Source: Eledone cirrhosa
Lineage: Eukaryota
Direction of reading: 5' to 3'
Assembly (NCBI GenBank): GCA_964016885.1
Contig: OZ024753.1
Coordinates: forward strand, 24,862,001-24,926,000
Length of the DNA stretch: 64,000 bases
In this document: positions 48,301 to 60,400 of the stretch, in pieces
How positions within the stretch are numbered: position 1 is the stretch's first letter
How the letters are laid out: every line of letters starts with the position of its first letter
Notes under the pieces: generated by a model
The model's database searches: none
Told to the model about the DNA's origin: nothing
What the model saw: the letters and a program-made list of their open reading frames with translations, nothing else
Translations under genes and position numbers: made by a program

Positions 48301-51300
48301 ATGATAGTGATAACTCCAGAAAAGATATAGAAAGAAGATAGTAATAACTCCAGACAAGATATAGAAACAAGATAGTAATAACTCCAACCAAGATATAGAA
48401 ACAAGATAGTAATAACTCCAACCAAGATATAGAAACAAGATAGTAATTACTCCAGCCAAGATATAGAAACATGATAGTAATAATTCCAGTCAAGATATAG
48501 AAATATGATAGTAATAACTCTAACCAAGACATAGAGACATGATAGTAATAACTCCAACCAAGACATATAAACAGTATAGTAATAACTCCAGATAAGACAG
48601 AGAAACATGATAGTAATAACTCCAGACAAGATATAGAAAGATGATAGTAATAACTCCAACCAAGACAGAGAAACATGATAGTAATAACTCCAGCCAAGAT
48701 ATAGAAACAGGATAGTAATAACTCCAACCAAACATAGAAACAGGATAATAATAACTCCAGCGAAGACATAGAAACATGATAGTAATAACTCCAACCAAGA
48801 CATAGAAACATGATAGTAATAACTCCAACCAAGATATAGAAACAGGATAGTAATAACTCCAACCAAGACATAGAAACAGGATAGTAATAACTCCAGTCAA
48901 GATATAGAAACATGAGAGTAATAACTCCAACCAAGATATAGAAACATGATAGTAATAACTCCAACCAAGACATAGAAACAGGATAGTAATAACTCCAACC
49001 AAGACATAGAAACATGATAGTAATAACTCCAACCAAGATATAGAAACATGATAGTAATAACTCCAACCAAGACATAGAAACATGATAGTAATAACTCCAG
49101 CCAAGACATAGAAACTTCATAGTAATAACTCCAACCAAGACATAGAAACATGATAATAATAACTCCAGTCAAGACATAGAAACATGATAGTAATAACTCC
49201 AGTCAAGACATAGAAACATGATAGTAATAACTCCAACCAACATATAGAAACATGATAGTAATAACGCCAGTCAAGATATAGAAACATGATAGTAATAACT
49301 CCAGCCAAGACATAGAAACATGATAGTAATAACTCCAGCCAAGACATAGAAACATGATAGTAATAACTCCCGCCAAGATATAGAAACATGATAGTAATAA
49401 CTCGAGTCAAGAGATAGAAGCATGATAGTAATAACTCAAGTCAAGACTTAGAAACATGATAGTAATAACTCCAGTCAAGATATAGAAACATGATAGTAAT
49501 AACCCCAATCAAGTTATAGAAACATGATAGTAATAACTCCAACCAAGACAGAGAAACATGATAGTAATAACTCCAACCAAAATATAGAAACAGGATAGTA
49601 ATAACTCTAACCAAGACATAGAAACAGGATAGTAATAACTCCAAACTAAATATGGAAACATGATAGTAATAACTCCAATCAAGACATAGAAACAGGATAG
49701 TAATAACTCCTACCAAGACATAGAAACAGGATAGTAATAACTCCAACCAAGACATAGAAACAGGATAGTAATAACTCCAGCCAAGATATAGAAACAGTAT
49801 AGTAATAACTCCAACCAAGACATAGAAACAGGATAGTAATAACTCCAACCAAGACATAGAAACAGGATAGTAATAACTCCCGCCAAGATATAGAAACATG
49901 ATAGTAATAACTCCAGTCAAGAGATAGAAACATGATAGAAATAACTCCAGTCAAGACATAGAAACATGATAGTAATAACTCCAACCAAGACATAGAAACA
50001 TGATAGTAATAACTCCAACCAAAATATAGAAACATGATAGTAACAACTCCAACCAAGAAATAGAAACATGATAGTAATAACTCCAACCAAAATATAGAAA
50101 CATGATAGTAATAACTCCAACCAAGACATAGAAACATGATAGTAATAACTCCAACCAAGACATAGAAACAGGATAGTAATAACTCCAACCAAGATATAGA
50201 AATAGGATAGTAATAACTCCAACCAAAATATTGAAACATGATAGTAATAACTCCAACCAAGATATAGAAACATGATAGTAATAACTCCAACCAAGATATA
50301 GAAACAGGATAGTAATAACTCCAACCAAGACATAGAAACAGGATAGTAATAACTCCAGACAAGACATAGAAACAGGATAGTAATAACTCCAGACAAGACA
50401 TAGAAACAGGATAGTAATAACTCCAGACAAGACATAGAAACATGATAGTAATAACTCCAACCAAGATATAGAAACATGATAATAATATCTCCAACCAAGA
50501 CATAGAAACAGGATAGTAATAACTCCAGCAAAGACATAGAAGCAGGATAGTAATAACTCCAGACAAGACTGAGAAACATGATAATAATAACTCCAACCAA
50601 GACATAGAAACATGATAGTAATAACCCCAATCATGACATAAAAACATGATAATAATAACTTCAGTCAAGATATAGAAACATGATAGTAATAACTCCAGTC
50701 AAGATATAGAAACATGATAATAATAACTCCAGCCAAGACATAGAAACATGATAGTAATAACTCCAGCCAACACATAGAAACATGATAGTAATAACTCCCA
50801 CCAAGATATAGAAACATGATAGTAATAACTCCAGTCAAGACATAGAAACATGATAGTAATAACTCCAGTCAAGATATAGAAACATGATAGTAATAACCCC
50901 AATCAAGTTATAGAAACATGATAGTAATAACTCCAACCAAGACATAGAAACATGATAGTAATAACTCCAACCAAAATATAGAAACAGGATAGTAATAACT
51001 CTAACCAAGATATAGAAACATGATAGTAATAACTCCAACCAAAATATAGAAACATGATAGTAGCAACTCCAACCAAGACATAGAAACATGATAGTAATAA
51101 CTCCAACCAAGACATAGAAACAGGATAGTAATAACTCCAACCAAGATATAGAAATAGGATAGTAATAACTCCAACCAAAATATTGATACATGATAGTAAT
51201 AACTCCAACCAAGACATAGAAACAGGATAGTAATAACTCCAACCAAGATATAGAAATAGGATAATAATAACTCCAACCAAAATATTGATACATGATAGTA

Positions 51301-51800
51301 ATAACTCCAACCAAGACATAGAAACAGGATAGTAATAACTCTAACCAAGACATAGAAACAGGATAGTAATAACTCCAAACTAAATATGGAAACATGATAG
51401 TAATAACTCCAATCAAGACATAGTTACAGGATAGTAATAACTCCTACCAAGACATAGAAACAGGATAGTAATAACTCCAACCAAGACATAGAAACAGGAT
51501 AGTAATAACTCCAGCCAAGATATAGAAACAGTATAGTAATAACTCCAACCAAGACATAGAAACAGGATAGTAATAACTCCAACCAAGACATAGAAACAGG
51601 ATAGTAATAACTCCAGCCAAGATATAGAAACAAGATAGTAATAACTCCAACCAAGACATAGAAACATGATAGTAATAACTCCAACCAAGATATAGAAACA
51701 GGATAGTAATAACTCAAACCAAGATATAGAAACAGGATAGTAATAACTCCAACCAAGACATAGAAACAGGATAGTAATAACTCCAGCCAAGATATAGAAA
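38390..51800 (+). repeat. Non-adjacent direct duplication, offset 9312 bp (274 monomers minus four deletions): about 38.4-42.5 kb recurs at about 47.7-51.8 kb
   Basis: CTCGAG at 40089/49401; ORF pairs 38465/47777, 39805/49117, 40129/49441 and 41689/51001; shared private variants taataattcc and catgatagaaat. Confidence 0.85.
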
Positions 51801-54251
51801 CAGGATAGTAATAACTCCCGCCAAGATATAGAAACATGATAGTAATAACTCGAGTCAAGAGATAGAAGCATGATAGTAATAACTCAAGTCAAGACTTAGA
51901 AACATGATAGTAATAACTCCAGTCAAGATATAGAAACATGATAGTAATAACCCCAATCAAGTTATAGAAACATGATAGTAATAACTCCAACCAAGACAGA
52001 GAAACATGATAGTAATAACTCCAACCAAAATATAGAAACAGGATAGTAATAACTCTAACCAAGACATAGAAACAGGATAGTAATAACTCCAAACTAAATA
52101 TGGAAACATGATAGTAATAACTCCAATCAAGACATAGAAACAGGATAGTAATAACTCCTACCAAGACATAGAAACAGGATAGTAATAACTCCAACCAAGA
52201 CATAGAAACAGGATAGTAATAACTCCAGCCAAGATATAGAAACAGTATAGTAATAACTCCAACCAAGACATAGAAACAGGATAGTAATAACTCCAACCAA
52301 GACATAGAAACAGGATAGTAATAACTCCCGCCAAGATATAGAAACATGATAGTAATAACTCCAGTCAAGAGATAGAAACATGATAGAAATAACTCCAGTC
52401 AAGACATAGAAACATGATAGTAATAACTCCAACCAAGACATAGAAACATGATAGTAATAACTCCAACCAAAATATAGAAACATGATAGTAACAACTCCAA
52501 CCAAGAAATAGAAACATGATAGTAATAACTCCAACCAAAATATAGAAACATGATAGTAATAACTCCAACCAAGACATAGAAACATGATAGTAATAACTCC
52601 AACCAAGACATAGAAACAGGATAGTAATAACTCCAACCAAGATATAGAAATAGGATAGTAATAACTCCAACCAAAATATTGAAACATGATAGTAATAACT
52701 CCAACCAAGATATAGAAACATGATAGTAATAACTCCAACCAAGATATAGAAACAGGATAGTAATAACTCCAACCAAGACATAGAAACAGGATAGTAATAA
52801 CTCCAGACAAGACATAGAAACAGGATAGTAATAACTCCAGACAAGACATAGAAACAGGATAGTAATAACTCCAGACAAGACATAGAAACATGATAGTAAT
52901 AACTCCAACCAAGATATAGAAACATGATAATAATATCTCCAACCAAGACATAGAAACAGGATAGTAATAACTCCAGCAAAGACATAGAAGCAGGATAGTA
53001 ATAACTCCAGACAAGACTGAGAAACATGATAATAATAACTCCAACCAAGACATAGAAACATGATAGTAATAACCCCAATCATGACATAAAAACATGATAA
53101 TAATAACTTCAGTCAAGATATAGAAACATGATAGTAATAACTCCAGTCAAGATATAGAAACATGATAATAATAACTCCAGCCAAGACATAGAAACATGAT
53201 AGTAATAACTCCAGCCAACACATAGAAACATGATAGTAATAACTCCCACCAAGATATAGAAACATGATAGTAATAACTCCAGTCAAGACATAGAAACATG
53301 ATAGTAATAACTCCAGTCAAGATATAGAAACATGATAGTAATAACCCCAATCAAGTTATAGAAACATGATAGTAATAACTCCAACCAAGACATAGAAACA
53401 TGATAGTAATAACTCCAACCAAAATATAGAAACAGGATAGTAATAACTCTAACCAAGATATAGAAACATGATAGTAATAACTCCAACCAAAATATAGAAA
53501 CATGATAGTAGCAACTCCAACCAAGACATAGAAACATGATAGTAATAACTCCAACCAAGACATAGAAACAGGATAGTAATAACTCCAACCAAGATATAGA
53601 AATAGGATAGTAATAACTCCAACCAAAATATTGATACATGATAGTAATAACTCCAACCAAGACATAGAAACAGGATAGTAATAACTCCAACCAAGATATA
53701 GAAATAGGATAATAATAACTCCAACCAAAATATTGATACATGATAGTAATAACTCCAACCAAGACATAGAAACAGGATAGTAATAACTCTAACCAAGACA
53801 TAGAAACAGGATAGTAATAACTCCAAACTAAATATGGAAACATGATAGTAATAACTCCAATCAAGACATAGTTACAGGATAGTAATAACTCCTACCAAGA
53901 CATAGAAACAGGATAGTAATAACTCCAACCAAGACATAGAAACAGGATAGTAATAACTCCAGCCAAGATATAGAAACAGTATAGTAATAACTCCAACCAA
54001 GACATAGAAACAGGATAGTAATAACTCCAACCAAGACATAGAAACAGGATAGTAATAACTCCAGCCAAGATATAGAAACAAGATAGTAATAACTCCAACC
54101 AAGACATAGAAACATGATAGTAATAACTCCAACCAAGATATAGAAACAGGATAGTAATAACTCAAACCAAGATATAGAAACAGGATAGTAATAACTCCAA
54201 CCAAGACATAGAAACAGGATAGTAATAACTCCAGCCAAGATATAGAAACAG
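49356..54251 (+). repeat. Tandem duplication, unit 2448 bp (72 monomers); junction at about 51804-51818; a third copy lies a further 3434 bp (101 monomers) downstream
   Basis: CTCGAG at 49401/51849/55283; identical ORFs at 49441/51889/55323 and 50835/53283/56717. Confidence 0.92.
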
Positions 54252-54445
54252 GATAGTAATAACTCCAGTCAAGACATAGAAACATGATAGTAATAACTCC
54301 AGTCAAGACATAGAAACAGGATAGTAATAACTCCAGTCAAGACATAGAAACATGATAGTAATAACTCCAACCAAGTCATAGAAACATGATAGTAATAACT
54401 CCAGTCAAGACATAGAAACAGGATAGTAATAACTCCAGTCAAGAC

Positions 54446-57400
54446 ATAGAAACATTATAGTAATAACACCAACCAAGACATAGGAACAGGATAGTAATAA
54501 CTCCAGTCAAGACATAGAAACAGGATAGTAATAACTCCAGTCAAGACATAGAAACATGATAGTAATAACTCCAACCAAGTCATAGAAACAGGATAGTAAT
54601 AACTCCAGTCAAGACATAGAAACATGATAGTAATAACTCCAGTCAAGACATAGAAACAGGATAGTAATAACTCCAACCAAGATATAGAAACAGGATAGTA
54701 ATAACTCCAGTCAAGACATAGAAACAGGATAGTAATAACTCCAACTAAGACATAGAAACAGGATAGTAATAACTCCAGTCAAGATATAGAAACATGAGAG
54801 TAATAACTCCAACCAAGATATAGAAACATGATAGTAATAACTCCAACCAAGACATAGAAACAGGATAGTAATAACTCCAACCAAGACATAGAAACATGAT
54901 AGTAATAACTCCAACCAAGATATAGAAACATGATAGTAATAACTCCAACCAAGACATAGAAACATGATAGTAATAACTCCAGCCAAGACATAGAAACTTC
55001 ATAGTAATAACTCCAACCAAGACATAGAAACATGATAATAATAACTCCAGTCAAGACATAGAAACATGATAGTAATAACTCCAGTCAAGACATAGAAACA
55101 TGATAGTAATAACTCCAACCAACATATAGAAACATGATAGTAATAACGCCAGTCAAGATATAGAAACATGATAGTAATAACTCCAGCCAAGACATAGAAA
55201 CATGATAGTAATAACTCCAGCCAAGACATAGAAACATGATAGTAATAACTCCCGCCAAGATATAGAAACATGATAGTAATAACTCGAGTCAAGAGATAGA
55301 AGCATGATAGTAATAACTCAAGTCAAGACTTAGAAACATGATAGTAATAACTCCAGTCAAGATATAGAAACATGATAGTAATAACCCCAATCAAGTTATA
55401 GAAACATGATAGTAATAACTCCAACCAAGACAGAGAAACATGATAGTAATAACTCCAACCAAAATATAGAAACAGGATAGTAATAACTCTAACCAAGACA
55501 TAGAAACAGGATAGTAATAACTCCAAACTAAATATGGAAACATGATAGTAATAACTCCAATCAAGACATAGAAACAGGATAGTAATAACTCCTACCAAGA
55601 CATAGAAACAGGATAGTAATAACTCCAACCAAGACATAGAAACAGGATAGTAATAACTCCAGCCAAGATATAGAAACAGTATAGTAATAACTCCAACCAA
55701 GACATAGAAACAGGATAGTAATAACTCCAACCAAGACATAGAAACAGGATAGTAATAACTCCCGCCAAGATATAGAAACATGATAGTAATAACTCCAGTC
55801 AAGAGATAGAAACATGATAGAAATAACTCCAGTCAAGACATAGAAACATGATAGTAATAACTCCAACCAAGACATAGAAACATGATAGTAATAACTCCAA
55901 CCAAAATATAGAAACATGATAGTAACAACTCCAACCAAGAAATAGAAACATGATAGTAATAACTCCAACCAAAATATAGAAACATGATAGTAATAACTCC
56001 AACCAAGACATAGAAACATGATAGTAATAACTCCAACCAAGACATAGAAACAGGATAGTAATAACTCCAACCAAGATATAGAAATAGGATAGTAATAACT
56101 CCAACCAAAATATTGAAACATGATAGTAATAACTCCAACCAAGATATAGAAACATGATAGTAATAACTCCAACCAAGATATAGAAACAGGATAGTAATAA
56201 CTCCAACCAAGACATAGAAACAGGATAGTAATAACTCCAGACAAGACATAGAAACAGGATAGTAATAACTCCAGACAAGACATAGAAACAGGATAGTAAT
56301 AACTCCAGACAAGACATAGAAACATGATAGTAATAACTCCAACCAAGATATAGAAACATGATAATAATATCTCCAACCAAGACATAGAAACAGGATAGTA
56401 ATAACTCCAGCAAAGACATAGAAGCAGGATAGTAATAACTCCAGACAAGACTGAGAAACATGATAATAATAACTCCAACCAAGACATAGAAACATGATAG
56501 TAATAACCCCAATCATGACATAAAAACATGATAATAATAACTTCAGTCAAGATATAGAAACATGATAGTAATAACTCCAGTCAAGATATAGAAACATGAT
56601 AATAATAACTCCAGCCAAGACATAGAAACATGATAGTAATAACTCCAGCCAACACATAGAAACATGATAGTAATAACTCCCACCAAGATATAGAAACATG
56701 ATAGTAATAACTCCAGTCAAGACATAGAAACATGATAGTAATAACTCCAGTCAAGATATAGAAACATGATAGTAATAACCCCAATCAAGTTATAGAAACA
56801 TGATAGTAATAACTCCAACCAAGACATAGAAACATGATAGTAATAACTCCAACCAAAATATAGAAACAGGATAGTAATAACTCTAACCAAGATATAGAAA
56901 CATGATAGTAATAACTCCAACCAAAATATAGAAACATGATAGTAGCAACTCCAACCAAGACATAGAAACATGATAGTAATAACTCCAACCAAGACATAGA
57001 AACAGGATAGTAATAACTCCAACCAAGATATAGAAATAGGATAGTAATAACTCCAACCAAAATATTGATACATGATAGTAATAACTCCAACCAAGACATA
57101 GAAACAGGATAGTAATAACTCCAACCAAGATATAGAAATAGGATAATAATAACTCCAACCAAAATATTGATACATGATAGTAATAACTCCAACCAAGACA
57201 TAGAAACAGGATAGTAATAACTCTAACCAAGACATAGAAACAGGATAGTAATAACTCCAAACTAAATATGGAAACATGATAGTAATAACTCCAATCAAGA
57301 CATAGTTACAGGATAGTAATAACTCCTACCAAGACATAGAAACAGGATAGTAATAACTCCAACCAAGACATAGAAACAGGATAGTAATAACTCCAGCCAA

Positions 57401-60400
57401 GATATAGAAACAGTATAGTAATAACTCCAACCAAGACATAGAAACAGGATAGTAATAACTCCAACCAAGACATAGAAACAGGATAGTAATAACTCCAGCC
57501 AAGATATAGAAACAAGATAGTAATAACTCCAACCAAGACATAGAAACATGATAGTAATAACTCCAACCAAGATATAGAAACAGGATAGTAATAACTCAAA
57601 CCAAGATATAGAAACAGGATAGTAATAACTCCAACCAAGACATAGAAACAGGATAGTAATAACTCCAGCCAAGATATAGAAACAGGATAGTAATAACTCC
57701 AGTCAAGACATAGAAACATGATAGTAATAACTCCAGTCAAGACATAGAAACATGATAGTAATAACTCCAGTCAAGACATAGAAACAGGATAGTAATAACT
57801 CCAGTCAAGACATAGAAACATGATAGTAATAACTCCAACCAAGTCATAGAAACATGATAGTAATAACTCCAGTCAAGACATAGAAACAGGATAGTAATAA
57901 CTCCAGTCAAGACATAGAAACATTATAGTAATAACACCAACCAAGACATAGGAACAGGATAGTAATAACTCCAGTCAAGACATAGAAACAGGATAGTAAT
58001 AACTCCAGTCAAGACATAGAAACATGATAGTAATAACTCCAACCAAGTCATAGAAACAGGATAGTAATAACTCCAGTCAAGACATAGAAACATGATAGTA
58101 ATAACTCCAGTCAAGACATAGAAACAGGATAGTAATAACTCCAACCAAGATATAGAAACAGGATAGTAATAACTCCAGTCAAGACATAGAAACAGGATAG
58201 TAATAACTCCAACTAAGACATAGAAACATGATAGTAATAACTCCAACCAAGATATAGAAACAGGATAGTAATAACTCCAGTCAAGACATAGAAACATGAT
58301 AGTAATAACTCCAGTCAAGACATAGAAACAGGATAGTAATAACTCCAACCAAGATTTAGAAACAGGATAGTAATAACTCCAGTCAAGACATAGAAACATG
58401 ATAGTAATAACTCCAGCCAAGACATAGAAACATGATAGTAATAACTCCCGCCAAGATATAGAAACATGATAGTAATAACTCGAGTCAAGAGATAGAAACA
58501 TGATAGTAATAACTCAAGTCAAGACATAGAAACATGATAGTAATAACTCCAGTCAAGATATAGAAACATGATAGTAATAACCCCAATCAAGTTATAGAAA
58601 CATGATAGTAATAACTCCAACCAAGACAGAGAAACATGATAGTAATAACTCCAACCAAAATATAGAAACAGGATAGTAATAACTCTAACCAAGACATAGA
58701 AACAGGATAGTAATAACTCCAAACTAAATATGGAAACATGATAGTAATAACTCCAATCAAGACATAGAAACAGGATAGTAATAACTCCTACCAAGACATA
58801 GAAACAGGATAGTAATAACTCCAGCCAAGATATAGAAACAGTATAGTAATAACTCCAACCAAGACATAGAAACAGGATAGTAATAACTCCCGCCAAGATA
58901 TAGAAACATGATAGTAATAACTCCAGTCAAGAGATAGAAACATGATAGTAATAACTCCAGTCAAGACATAGAAACATGATAGTAATAACTCCAACCAAGA
59001 CATAGAAACATGATAGTAATAACTCCAACCAAACTATAGAAACATGATAGTAACAACTCCAACCAAGAAATAGAAACATTATAGTAATAACACCAACCAA
59101 GACATAGGAACAGGATAGTAATAACTCCAGTCAAGACATAGAAACAGGATAGTAATAACTCCAGTCAAGACATAGAAACATGATAGTAATAACTCCAACC
59201 AAGTCATAGAAACAGGATAGTAATAACTCCAGTCAAGACATAGAAACATGATAGTAATAACTCCAGTCAAGACATAGAAACAGGATAGTAATAACTCCAA
59301 CCAAGATATAGAAACAGGATAGTAATAACTCCAGTCAAGACATAGAAACAGGATAGTAATAACTCCAACTAAGACATAGAAACAGGATAGTAATAACTCC
59401 AGTCAAGATATAGAAACATGAGAGTAATAACTCCAACCAAGATATAGAAACATGATAGTAATAACTCCAACCAAGACATAGAAACAGGATAGTAATAACT
59501 CCAACCAAGACATAGAAACATGATAGTAATAACTCCAACCAAGATATAGAAACATGATAGTAATAACTCCAACCAAGACATAGAAACATGATAGTAATAA
59601 CTCCAGCCAAGACATAGAAACTTCATAGTAATAACTCCAACCAAGACATAGAAACATGATAATAATAACTCCAGTCAAGACATAGAAACATGATAGTAAT
59701 AACTCCAGTCAAGACATAGAAACATGATAGTAATAACTCCAACCAACATATAGAAACATGATAGTAATAACGCCAGTCAAGATATAGAAACATGATAGTA
59801 ATAACTCCAGCCAAGACATAGAAACATGATAGTAATAACTCCAGCCAAGACATAGAAACATGATAGTAATAACTCCCGCCAAGATATAGAAACATGATAG
59901 TAATAACTCGAGTCAAGAGATAGAAGCATGATAGTAATAACTCAAGTCAAGACTTAGAAACATGATAGTAATAACTCCAGTCAAGATATAGAAACATGAT
60001 AGTAATAACCCCAATCAAGTTATAGAAACATGATAGTAATAACTCCAACCAAGACAGAGAAACATGATAGTAATAACTCCAACCAAAATATAGAAACAGG
60101 ATAGTAATAACTCTAACCAAGACATAGAAACAGGATAGTAATAACTCCAAACTAAATATGGAAACATGATAGTAATAACTCCAATCAAGACATAGAAACA
60201 GGATAGTAATAACTCCTACCAAGACATAGAAACAGGATAGTAATAACTCCAACCAAGACATAGAAACAGGATAGTAATAACTCCAGCCAAGATATAGAAA
60301 CAGTATAGTAATAACTCCAACCAAGACATAGAAACAGGATAGTAATAACTCCAACCAAGACATAGAAACAGGATAGTAATAACTCCCGCCAAGATATAGA

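Noticed and set aside
59028-59040. aaccaaactatag (also near 63655) as another deletion monomer
   Set aside because: It is a substitution of aaccaaaatatag; phase is preserved because 49401-63103 is an exact multiple of 34.
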